Assembly: GCA_036172245.1 (NCBI GenBank)
Contig: JAYWIR010000012.1
Span: 1,240,001 to 1,304,000 of the forward strand
DNA: 64,000 nt
Reading direction: 5' to 3'
Source of the DNA: Raillietiella orientalis
Taxonomy: Eukaryota
Numbering within the stretch: position 1 is the stretch's first letter; each line of letters begins with the position of its first letter. The position numbers and the translations under genes were made by a program. This document shows positions 50,501 through 60,510 of this stretch, piece after piece. The notes beneath the pieces are model-generated. The model was given only the letters and a program-made list of their open reading frames with translations. It searched no databases and was not told the DNA's origin.

Positions 50501-53500
50501 CTCCAGTCCAAAGCACGCGCGCCCGAATACATAGTTTTTCTCGCCTCTCTTTTACCTAGAGATAGAGGAAGGAGGAGAAAGAGATGGTGATGATTGAGGA
50601 GGAGGAGGGCAGGAGAACCTCACCCTCACATTTGACATCACAAGTTCCCTCTCATCGGCCACCTCTCTCGTCGCCAGGAGCAACGCGTGCGTCATGCCCG
50701 CTCCGGCGTCCACGCCTCTCCTTAGGAAGGACCTGCCAGCCACCTTACCAGAGATGATCTCCCATCATTCCCCCAAGGACTCTGTATGCTTGGACCGCTT
50801 GATGATCGACTCACCCGAAGGACTTCGTGGTCCAGCACTCGGTCCCTCTCACTTTTGGGGCTCCATCTCCCTCTGGTCCTGCCGCCATCTATGGCGCAAG
50901 AGCAGTGGCGATGAGCCGCCGCTGCCATCATCGTCACCATGCCGCCTCCTCTTCCTCCTTTGGAGTCCATTTCCTTCTCAGGGCTAGCAATGGTTTCCAC
51001 CTTCCTGCCAATGTTCTCTCCCTCCACACCATTAGGAACGGTTTCCACGGACGCAGGAAGGAAGAAGGGGCTCGCTCTCGGCAAGCGAAGGAGGCGCTTC
51101 GTCTTGCGAGAAACATCGCCATAGGCGTCGGCGTGGCTCTACATCCGGCCTCTCCGGAAGTGAATCTCTGTTCAGCGAGGGACGGCGCGCAGAGATGCTT
51201 CTCCTCCAGTGTCTAGGCAATCGGGGGAGGAAGGGAGGGAGAGAGAGAGGGAGTCTGCAACCGTTGAATGCTCCCGAAGCCACTCCCACAGTTGGCATCT
51301 CGATTCCTGCTTCCAGATGGAAGGGGGGCCTCCAAGAGAGGCCGGAAAAAGCGGTCGCCTTCCTCCTACTTCCGTTTTCCAGCCACCGGCAGGAGCGCTC
51401 GAGTGCCAAAGCGAGCTCTCCCTCTCGGTCCGCGCAGACGGCAAGACGTCTCTCTTAGAAACCACAGAGGGGAACCTGGAAGCCCTCCAGGGGAGGGATG
51501 GCACGGCGGGGGTTTGGGGGACGAATTGAAACTTTTCCCTCCCAACTCCGAAACGTACCCTTCCCCCCCCCCCAATCACCTGTGCGCTCCCTGATTGGCG
51601 GCCTTTCTGTTTCAGAAGAAGTGCGATATGTATTGGCCTAAGGAAGGCGCCCAGACCTACGGACTGATTCAAGTGAGGTTCATCAGGGAGATCATTTCGG
51701 CGACCTATGTCATCAGGAAATTTTCCCTGAAACACATCAAGGTGGGTGCGCGAGGTGCACCTCTCCTGTGCGCGAGTCGACCACCACCGGCCGCGACCAT
51801 CGCACCACTTCTTCTCTCGCTGCCCTTTGCAGGTCAAGAAGCCCAAGGGAGGGGAAGAGCGCGTGGTCCACCAGTTCCACTACACCAACTGGCCGGACCA
51901 CGGGACTCCGGAGCACCCCCTGCTCATATTGAGCTTCGTCCAGAAATCTTCCGCAGCCAATCCGGACGGCGCGGGTCCCATCGTGGTGCACTGCAGGTCA
52001 GAGGGGGCTGCAAGGCCCCAGGCGCACTCACGTGCCCCGGAAACCCTCCAGCGCTGGAGTCGGGCGCACAGGGACGTACATCGTCATCGACGCCATCCTG
52101 AAGCAGATCAAGGCGCAGGGGAAGATCAATGTCTACGCCTTCCTGAAGCACATTCGCACCCAGCGTAATTTCCTGGTCCAGACGGAAGACCAATACGTTT
52201 TCATCCACGACGTTCTGCTGGAAGCCATCCTGAGCGGAGACACGAGCATCAGCAGCAGATTCCTCAGTCGGTACATTTGCGGACTCCAGGTGAGGAGCCC
52301 CATGAGCCCCATCCCGGAGTCCTGGAAGCTGCTGGAGAACCAGTACAAGGTACTCGGGGTCTTCCTCGGTGCTCTCCAGTCTAAAGCGACCTCTCTCAGC
52401 TGGTCACGGAGTTCGCTCCCACCCAGGCGGATTTCCAGCACTCCCTGAACAAGTTCGCCATCGCGAAGAGCAGGTCTCTGGACTTCCTGCCTACGGACAC
52501 GTCGAGGGTCATCCTGAGACCCAAGGGGCTGAACGACCAAAGCGTTTACATCAACGCTTCGTGGATGCAGGGTAAGAGGACACCTCGTCGAGGCGGCGCT
52601 CCTTCCTTTCCGGCTGCGGGTCGGAAGGTCCTTCCCGCGACCATTCTTTGCCACTTGGCATCCTACCCGGAATGTGCCGTGCGTTCCCTAGTGTCTCAGA
52701 AACCACGTTACCAGCGCTCTTCTGAGTCCAGTGGTAGCATAAGGACTAAACGGAGATCTCTCTCTGTCTGTTTCTCTGTCTTCCGAGGTGATCTCGCCTC
52801 GAAGGCACGCTAGAAATGTCTCGACCTTCTTGCGCAGCAATCTAGTATTGGAACTTAGTCAAAAGCACACGCAGCTGGTGCGCCGATTCCCCATTAGGGA
52901 GGAGAAGAATACCCTCTTTTCCGCGATGGCACGAGCGGATCCGCGTTCGCTTGGGCGGCGAGGAAACTGGGACGATGGGGTTCTACGGGGGACCTTCGTT
53001 TCCTGGGCAGCAGTAGCCTCTAAGCCAACGGCGCTCTGATGCTTTCCAGGGTACTACAGTCTGCACGAATTCATCGTGACGCAGCATCCCCTGGAGGAGA
53101 CAATCCTTGACTTCTGGCACATGGTCTGGGAGTACAACGCCCAGGTCGTGGTGCTGCTAAGCGAAACGATCGATAAGGTCAGTTCGGTCCACGATTCCAT
53201 CATCTCTGACTCTCGCACAGGAATACCCGGTGTTCTGGCCGACGAAGTACTTGGACATCAACACTGGGAGCTTCAAGGTGTACTTCAACAACGAGGTGTA
53301 CCACCCCAGCTCGATCGTGAGGACGTTCACCATAGAGTCCCTCCAGGACGACTACGAGCTGACAGTCACCATGACTCAGAACAGCAACTGGCCGAACAAG
53401 AATCTGCCCCTGCCGTCTGTGTTCACCCTGATCCACTCCATTCGGGAGTCCACTCCCCAGTATCAGAAAGGCCCCATCGTGGTGGTGGACAGGTATTTGT

Positions 53501-53918
53501 CTTTCGCACCATCTTCTCTGACAGCCCTCAGGTTCGGCGGCACGGAGGCATCGACCTTCTGTTGCCTTTCCGCCCTGACCCAGCAGGTGGAGCAGGAAGA
53601 CCAGGTGGACGTGTATCTGTACGCTAAACTGTTCCACCAAAGCCGCCCGGGAATCTGGAAAAGGCAGGTGAGGACGACTCTCTCGGCTCCCTCCCGTTCG
53701 TTCCCTTCAAGTGGTGTTCCCTTCTCCCGCAGGAAGACTTCCTGTTCCTCTACCGGGCGATGGAGTCCTTGGTTTCCTCCTATCCCGAAAGCCACCAGCC
53801 GGTCGACAACACGCTGGGGAGCTCCTCCAACGGCAACCTGCCTCCGGCCCCGATGAAAAACGGGGTCGTGAGAGTACCACCGGAAGGAATGGAGACCAGC
53901 ACCCTGTGGGAGCCCTAG
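29450..53918 (+). CDS. Ptp99A: Receptor-type protein tyrosine phosphatase, Ptp99A-like (spliced gene, 19 coding exons, 1247 aa: SP-Ig-4xFN3-TM-PTP D1-PTP D2)
   Basis: Manual exon assembly: 29450-29528, 38156-38491, 39234-39354, 40355-40536, 42863-43050, 43106-43220, 44908-45099, 45185-45468, 49091-49353, 49664-49950, 50025-50239, 51616-51741, 51833-51996, 52052-52349, 52400-52571, 53050-53177, 53221-53492, 53532-53667, 53733-53918. All introns are GT-AG, phases match and the total is 3744 nt. PTP motifs: [59 protein letters not shown]2 has Asp at the catalytic Cys position, as in Ptp99A/PTPRG/PTPRZ. Orthology is inferred from motifs, not from a database search. Confidence 0.9.
38156..38491 (+). 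CDS. Ptp99A: Exon 2: Ig-like domain
   Basis: Polypyrimidine tract plus CAG acceptor. Encodes FTLPC...LEW...[16 protein letters not shown] (Ig B-strand Cys, C-strand Trp, DxGxYxC). Donor G|GTGAGC, phase 1-1. Confidence 0.88.
39234..39354 (+). CDS. Ptp99A: Exon 3: FN3 repeat 1, N-half
   Basis: Encodes [23 protein letters not shown]...NSPILHYII, bounded by ttccag and AG|GTACGG. Confidence 0.9.
40355..40536 (+). CDS. Ptp99A: Exon 4: FN3 repeat 1, C-half
   Basis: Encodes [26 protein letters not shown] (FN3 LxPxTxY motif). Donor G|GTGAGT. Confidence 0.92.
41151..41310. repeat. Short degenerate direct repeats (GTCTGG..CTGTCTGGAAA) in intron 4
   Basis: gaatgtctgg (41151), gaatgtctgggactgtctggaaa (41212), gagtctggaactgtctggaaa (41285). 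Confidence 0.6.
42863..43050 (+). CDS. Ptp99A: Exon 5: FN3 repeat 2, N-part
   Basis: Encodes [26 protein letters not shown]...[11 protein letters not shown]. Donor GTAGGT. Confidence 0.92.
43106..43220 (+). CDS. Ptp99A: Exon 6: FN3 repeat 2, C-part
   Basis: Encodes [24 protein letters not shown]...MTDEG after a 55-nt intron. Donor G|GTAAGC. Confidence 0.92.
44718..44761. repeat. Perfect 20-bp inverted repeat with 4-nt spacer
   Basis: CCTCTAGGGGCGCCGCGCGA-tgtc-TCGCGCGGCGCCCCTAGAGG. Confidence 0.95.
44908..45099 (+). CDS. Ptp99A: Exon 7: FN3 repeat 3
   Basis: Encodes VPTKPLN...[20 protein letters not shown]...LTGL. Donor A|GTAAGT. Confidence 0.92.
45185..45468 (+). CDS. Ptp99A: Exon 8: end of FN3 repeat 3 and start of repeat 4
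   Basis: Encodes [20 protein letters not shown]...TDVNSPEAP...VRLQW...FYVVHY. Donor CAG|GTGCGC. Confidence 0.9.
49091..49353 (+). CDS. Ptp99A: Exon 9: end of FN3 repeat 4 and transmembrane helix
   Basis: Encodes [14 protein letters not shown], then the hydrophobic [25 protein letters not shown] followed by RK. Donor AG|GTAACC. Confidence 0.9.
49664..49950 (+). CDS. Ptp99A: Exon 10: juxtamembrane region and start of PTP D1
   Basis: Encodes [20 protein letters not shown]...RNRYLNIVA. Donor T|GTGAGC. Confidence 0.92.
50025..50239 (+). CDS. Ptp99A: Exon 11: PTP D1
   Basis: Encodes YDHSRVQL...[10 protein letters not shown]...YIATQGPL...FWRMVWEQ...[12 protein letters not shown]. Missed by the ORF track because there is no in-frame start. 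Confidence 0.95.
51616..51741 (+). CDS. Ptp99A: Exon 12: PTP D1
   Basis: Encodes [11 protein letters not shown]...YGLIQV. Confidence 0.95.
51833..51996 (+). CDS. Ptp99A: Exon 13: PTP D1 WPD loop
   Basis: Encodes [13 protein letters not shown]...GPIVVHC(S). Confidence 0.95.
52052..52349 (+). CDS. Ptp99A: Exon 14: PTP D1 P-loop, Q-loop and D1-D2 linker
   Basis: Encodes (S)[14 protein letters not shown]...[25 protein letters not shown]...LLENQYK. Confidence 0.93.
52400..52571 (+). CDS. Ptp99A: Exon 15: start of PTP D2
   Basis: Encodes LVTEF...[11 protein letters not shown]...YINASWMQG. Donor G|GTAAGA. Confidence 0.9.
53050..53177 (+). CDS. Ptp99A: Exon 16: PTP D2
   Basis: Encodes [37 protein letters not shown]. 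Confidence 0.93.
53221..53492 (+). CDS. Ptp99A: Exon 17: PTP D2
   Basis: Encodes EYPVFWP...[11 protein letters not shown]...NWPN...GPIVVVD(R). Confidence 0.9.
53532..53667 (+). CDS. Ptp99A: Exon 18: PTP D2 degenerate P-loop
   Basis: Encodes (R)[15 protein letters not shown]...[18 protein letters not shown]. Donor CAG|GTGAGG. Confidence 0.88.
53733..53918 (+). CDS. Ptp99A: Exon 19: end of D2 and C-terminal tail to TAG
   Basis: Acceptor ctcccgcag. Encodes [14 protein letters not shown]...[15 protein letters not shown]. Confidence 0.85.
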   Translation, partial: EDFLFLYRAMESLVSSYPESHQPVDNTLGSSSNGNLPPAPMKNGVVRVPPEGMETSTLWEP

Positions 53919-56900
53919 GCGCTGACAACTGCCCCGCGAGATGGGATGATGCGCGCTCTCCCGCAGGATTCCTTCCGCCTCGACGACGCCCGCGGCGACT
54001 ACGCCGCGGCTGCTGGAAGCCGCCGCCGCCGCCGCCTCCGTCCGCCCACGCAGCGAAGGACCCACCGCCCTGTCTGTGATATTTCGGGCGCAATCAGCTT
54101 TATGCGGGACTTCACTCCTTGCTCTCCCGCACGCAGGAAGTAACCCCTGTTCCCCCTGGGGGCCTTCGACACGCACGCTCTCGACCTCTGGGTCCCGGAA
54201 GGAATTGGCACAAGAGGGATGCGGTGTCCCTTGCTGCCGAGTGCGTCCGCCCCAGTGCCTGACGACGGGAGAAGTTAGCGACCTCCTCCGGATGTCGTGC
54301 TTGGAGGACGAGGCTGCAAATGCTGTTGTGGAGGGACCCTGGAAGATGTCTGGCGGGAGGTTGCACATTTCGTCCCGCACGCCTCCACCTGGATGCCTCT
54401 CGACGTGCGAAGCCTAAGGCGGGACGGACGCTCCCGGGCATTCCAGGATGGCAGGATGAAGTTCCACGTCCTCAGATAAACCGAATGGAGTCGCGGGAGC
54501 TGCACCCCTGTGGGATATTTTGCTCCTTCTTTCCCCACTGTTAAACTGAGGAGTTCCGACGGAGGCGCTTTCTGCTACGGGGGTGGCTGCCTGCTGGAAG
54601 GCCGTGTAACTAGGAGACGACCTGATGCGACGTACACGTGGATCCCGTTTCCCGCTGTTTTCGGGAGAGTTCTCCTTTTCCGAACAGAGGGCGGGGCTTC
54701 TTCGGACAGCCGCAGGGAGGGGTAGCCTTCCGTGACTCGGGAGCCGGCCGGCCGGCCGGCGCGACGCCCTGAGGGAATGAGTGGACAGTGGCGCCAACCG
54801 ACTCAGGACTCTCCAAGATAGAATCCTCTTCTCCCCAGGGTGTCCAGAGAACGGAGTGTCTTCCTCCCTCCCCTCTGGGTTGTCGCGCAAAACGGCTACC
54901 TGATCGAGGAACCGGGAGGCAGGGGGAAGGGAAGTTCTGGTCGCCTAGGCAACGGGTCAGATGGCCTGCTTTGCAAGTGGAGGGCTGCTCCCAAAGATTT
55001 CCTCGGGAGAGGATCGCTTTCTGCGTCGTCCGAAAGCACCCTCCTACTCCCGGACGCCGGGGCCGGCCCTCTCTCCTTTCCCCTTTGAAGGATACCCTCT
55101 TCCCACGGCGGAGGAAGGGATCACGTACTGACCGGAAGGGAGAGAGGTCCACGGATCCCCGAATGATTTGAAAACTTCGGGCCCGCTCCAGAGGACTTCA
55201 TTCCCCCCCCCGGGCATTGGACCTCTCGCCGCGGCTCCAGAGTTCGATTCCCATGCACCGGTTGCCCGGCAACAAGGCGCCTTCCGGGCGCATCCGAGGG
55301 TGCCTCTGCAAAGGCTGGCCAGAGTCCTCTTGAGAGCGGACAATAAAGTCGCGCCCAGCATTTACGTGAACCAGAGATGTTCCCCAGCTGTTTCTTGGCG
55401 GCGGGATTCACCCATTCGGTCCAGGGAGCACCTGCTCACCCCTAGGGCTGCGCATCCCAACACCATCTTCGCGGCTTCCGGGCTTCCCCTCACCCTGTCC
55501 CTTTTAGGGAGTTTCCCCTCTTTAGCGCAGGCGTGCCGGCGATGTTTAGAAGGCCCAGGTGAGCTCCAGCGCACCGGCGCGACCCAGGCCGGGCCGCTGA
55601 ACCCTGCCCCTGCCTGTGTTAACTGGGCAGGAAGAGCAGCCTCCGGGAAGCAGGACGGTTTCCTTTCGCATCCCTCCTGGCCACCGTCCGGAGGCGGGAA
55701 AAAGACCCCCTCTGTCGCCTGCCACCCACCCTTCCAGCCCGATGCTACGGGGCGAGGCACGATGATGACGTCTACATGGGCGGGCGAACCGGCACTACTG
55801 ACCGACGGACGCCGTTGGTAGTCCCTAGGAAGCATCACCTGCCCTGCTTGCAGCAAGACCGAGGTGGGGGAGGGGGAGACAGTACTCCCTGAATCCTGGT
55901 AGGGTCCAATGAGGGTCCAGGTCGGTAGCTTTGCCCAGATTTTCCCCAAAGACCCTCTAGGGAAAAACCCTCCCGCGCTTCCCTCTTTCAGGGACGGTCC
56001 CCAGGCATACCCGCCCGCCTCTCCATGCATCAGAATAGGAGGACCACCTGCGCCTCCAGACCCTTCCCAGGATAGAAAGGGAATGAAAGAATACGTGTGG
56101 CCGGGACAGTGGACGCCTCACGAGAAGGAGCGGGAGCGCCTCGCGCTGGCGCTGCTTGGCGCTTCGCCCCGGAACTTCCAGCTGTCTATGACAACCGGCC
56201 GGAAGAGCACGCCGCCGCAGGCGTCCGAAGGGACCAAGGGAAGCAAACCGCCCGCCGTTTTCACGAGGACCCCTTTCCCCCGCGTTCCCTCGGGATGGGA
56301 TTTTCCGCTGGATCTGCACGTTCTGCGGGTCCTTCCCGGAGGAGGCACTCCCGGTCTCCCGCGCCTCCACCGTCGCCCTCCAGTGGCGGCAGAAGGAACT
56401 CCTTAGCCTCGAAGGAGGCGGCGACGGAGACAAAGGGGAAGAGAGGTCCGCGGTCGTCCTGGAAACCGCGAACTCCTCTGCTCCTCCGGACCGAAGCCAG
56501 AGCGTGCTCGTCCTTGTAGTCAGGTCAGAAAAAGCGGAACCGTTTCAGAGGAAGCGGTCTGGACGACGCCGGTTCCCATGCTCTTCCCGGAAGCGTGGCT
56601 CGTACTTCCTGGAAAGGGTTGGGGAACGGCAAGGTCTCTCTCTCTCTCATAGGAGAGACTGCCCTCGTTGATGGGCGGAGACTGAACCTCATGGACTGCC
56701 TGAGAGCGTCCAGCAGCTGCACCTGCTCCTCACTACGGCCGCACGGTGCTGTCAGGCCTCTACCTTGGGGAGGTTCCGGACAGCACCGTGAGGAAAGTAG
56801 GAAGAGACAGAAGGAGAAGAGGAACCCCCAAAGGCTCCCTTTCTCCTGGCCCGGTAGCCTGGTAGTTTCTTGGAGCTTTTCCGCCTCCCCCCGCCTTCTC

Positions 56901-59310
56901 ACTACCCTCTAGGATGCCTCCCTCCTCAGTGCAAGGGGACCTCCCTCGGTCCTCTCGTCGTCTCTAGAGGCGATCCGACTTGCTCAGGAGAGCTTCTTCC
57001 GCCCTCTGGCTTCGGAGGAACACGTGATCCATGGAGCGGGAATGCCGCGGCACGACTCGGGCGCCTACGCACGCAACACACGGGATCCCCGCCCATCTCC
57101 GACCCGTGGAGAAGCGGCGGACGAGGAGCCGCCCGCCTCTCGTCGCCCAACGGGGCGCTAGAATCCCTGAGGGGATGAAGGTGAGCCCGGGCCAATCCGC
57201 GATCCGCCCGGTTGCTCTCAGCAACGGAGAGCTCAGTCTACCCTCTGCCCTTTCCCCGGACACCCCAGTTGAGCGGCGAAATGGACTAGCGTGCTGCCGG
57301 CCCCAGGAAGCGCCGAGTGGGTTGATCCATGTGTCGCCGGAGAAAGTTGTCCACGCGGAAAGAGGAGGCTCACGAGCAAGCCAGGCTCTTCGAGAGTCGA
57401 ACCCAGCATTTCCTCTCCTTCCGGCGTTCCTAGGTCCCCCTTGCACCGGCTCGGTTTTCATTTGAGCGGTGGGACGCCTCTTTCGCTGCGGTGACGTCAC
57501 CAGTCTCGCTCGGGGGCACCGCAGCGCTTCTTCAGACCGCCGCTGGACATCGTTCCGCGACTCCCCGAGGACGAGCGAGCGCAGAGGGAGGGATTGGCAG
57601 CTCCAACGGGGGCTCGCCGGGTCGCTCCAAGAGGAGAGGACTCAAGGGCGGATGCGGGCGTTCCAAGGAGAAAGAGAGAAGCAAAGGGGGCCAGGGAGAG
57701 AAGCTCCACCCTGAGGACCCAGGCACTGGACCGGGAGGTGCAGGCCACTACCCCTGCATTCACCCGCACCTGTTGGGTTCAGAGAGGAGAGGTCGCCTAG
57801 CTTCCGGTGCGTTTCCCGACCCGGTACTCGCGCCCTTCTCGAGGGATTGTGGCGACGGTCGACGGGCCAACACAGAAACTTAGGGATCGGAGAGCCGCAA
57901 AGGAGCGCCTACCTGGACGCAAATCAGGGAGAGTCTCTGAGGACTAGCGGGAAGGGAGCGGGCCCGCGCGTTGCCATGGAGACCAGACTGGAGCGCTCGC
58001 GCGCCTCTGGTCCCCAGAGGGAGCCCGTTCGCTTCCCGCGAGACCGGAGATCAGGGATCGAGAAAGGGTCGCCGTTCTAGGCGCTCAGCAGCCGGTGTGC
58101 CCCTACTCCTTTCTTCGCTGGGGCCGACAGTCCGGGAGCGACGAGTCCATTGGGACCCGCGCTCGCTCCTTACGTACCTCCGGCTTGGGCAAAGGGAGCC
58201 CTTCCCGGCCGCTCAGAACACCACCCACAAGGAGCTCGTCTCCTAGGGGAACCGGGAAGTTTGGTATCTCCACCAGCATACTCGCCAACCCCTCCTGCGA
58301 TAGACGCGCGGTCTCCTGGGTGCAGGCGCTGAGTGGCCTTGCTTCGAATAAGGCAGCCGAGGAGCGGGAGGGAGGAACAATGCTGGCACCCCCGGCGAGG
58401 GCAGACCTGCTGTCCCCGGGCTCTGAGGCTTCACTTTTCCCTTTCCGTCACGGGACGATGGGGGCGCCACTGCCTCATCACCTGAGTGCCGTGCATGTGA
58501 TGCCCCAACGCCGTTGCAGGCCGCCACTTGAAACCACTCGCGAGGGCAGCGACCCCGATCCCTCCCGCTGCTCGCGGAGGGTCCGTCCTGGGGGCGTTCG
58601 GGCACGCCCGAGGCGATTGCAGGACGCCCACTTCCTCTTTCGAGGCCGACGACCTACGGACACACTCGCATAGTTGGAAGCGTCGCCTAGGTAACGTGAC
58701 GAGCCTTCTGCCACGGAAGGGTGCAGGGAGAACGGAAAGCCCCGCCTCCCTGACTGCCAGAGCCCGCGGAAGCTCCAATACATGCACATCGTCCGGAGAC
58801 CTGGCAACCCTGCTCGGATCGCTTGTGGAAACCGGGACCTCCTGTGTCCTCCAGTGTCTGTTATCTCGGTGCGCGCCCCTCCTCAGATCCCGCGAGCGTC
58901 TTACATGTAGATCTCCCGGGCTGCAGGTCCCACGCCCAGTGGGCACATCATCGGCTTCCAGGCAGGCGACGAGAGAAAAGGGTCGAAAAGCCCCCCCTCC
59001 TCGGTCTGAGAGAGGAAGTCGCGCTCCAGCGGGACGCGTTCGGCCACTCTTTCCTCGGGGATACGTCGGAACGCAAGTGGAACATCCCGGAAGAATACAG
59101 AGACGTCCAGGAGCTCCTGTTGTCAAGGAGATGCCCGAGTTCGCCGAGCCATCAGCAGATACGACAGTCCAGAGAGAGAGCCCTGTCCTCGTATTCCTGG
59201 TCCCCCAGACGATGTCCTCTCCCCCCTCCTTCCTGGAGCACCCGTATCCTGGGGCTGGCTCCCGTGGCGGTGCCGATCGCAAACCCCGCAAATGACCTCA
59301 GTCGATCCGG

Positions 59311-59525
59311 GATGTACACATTAAATAGTAGAGAAAAAAATATATATGTGCTTATCAGATACATCTCCATGTATACATAATGTATATATGTTTATATTAA
59401 TATAAATCTGTACATCTATTTACATTATGTATAAATACTGAATATAGGAATAACTGTGTATATTGAAAAGAATTTGTACATCAGTCTGTGTACAATAAGA
59501 ATGCAGGTTGATCTTTCGAAATCTT
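59311..59525 (+). promoter_or_regulatory. AT-rich block, candidate distal 3'-end / 3'UTR element
   Basis: An abrupt AT-rich island in GC-rich DNA with 8 TGTA motifs, ATTAAA at 59320 and TGTATATA at 59381. Confidence 0.4.
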
Positions 59526-60229
59526 TTTGAACCTGACCCCCCCGTGACGGCCCTGACCCCCGGTTTAGGAAGAAGACGAGGGAGACAGCAAGGCTGGAAT
59601 GTATCCTTCTCAGAGGAGCAGCAGAGCGAGGATGTGCTCCCGATCCCATCTTCTGGAGTTTCCAGGTCGACCGGGGTCACACACGGGTTGGAGGGAGCGG
59701 AAGATGCCCAAAAGGACCCACCTTTGCCTGTTTGTGGCCACAAGTCACGCCGCATTGCCTCGAAGTGGACCTCTCTCGGCTATCCCGAGCGACGGGATGC
59801 AGAGGTGGGTCGCCATCGCCCACTCTTGCCGGTACGTCCTGGAGGTCCTCAACCTCAGCAACCGTTCTCCTCTCATCGGGTTAGCCGAGAGTTGAGGAAT
59901 CCTCCCGAGTGAGGCTCGCACCCCCGAGCAAAGTGATGTGGACAGAGCACCCCGGTGCAGCCTCCCGGCTGAGTTGCCTCTAGGGGGCCACTCGCTGCAC
60001 CCAGGGCTCCATCCACTAAGGAGCAGTCACTCCCTTTCAAAGGGCGAGTTGCGGCAGATGAATGTGCCAGCATCTCGAGATTTTGTGAGGCGAGAGAGCT
60101 GGTGCGACTGTCCGTCAGGTCCGGGGAGTCACCTGGAGGTGGGGCTTATTCCATCCTGCAGCTTCCTCCTCGAGATCTGAGGATGAGGATTTCCCCAAGG
60201 ACACTTCTGCCGATCCTCAAGGGCCGATC

Positions 60230-60510
60230 AATGAAGGTGTTTCGAAAAGAACCTTCTCTGTCGGGCACCAGCGAGAATACTCCAGGGACCCTGCAGGAAT
60301 CCTCTCAGAGACCTTGAAAGAATCCTCCGATGTCCCAAGAAAACTCCTACAGGGCCTAGCAAAAATTCCCCATGAGATCTCAGCAAGAGTCCCCGATAGG
60401 ATCTCAGCAAGATTCCTCCATGAGACCTCTCAAGAATCACCTAAGAACTCCAGAAAAGATCCTTCAGGGACTCCTGCAACGATCTTCGAAGGGCCCTCAC
60501 TGAAATCCTC
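60230..60510. repeat. Degenerate minisatellite (GAATCCTC / GATCTCAGCAAGA-like units)
   Basis: GATCTCAGCAAGA occurs twice 24 nt apart, with many GAATCCTC/GATCCT/GACTCC variants around it. Confidence 0.6.

Noticed and set aside
60230..60510. Periodic repeats considered as a CRISPR-like array
   Set aside because: The units are degenerate and contiguous with no unique spacers or cas genes, and the locus is eukaryotic.
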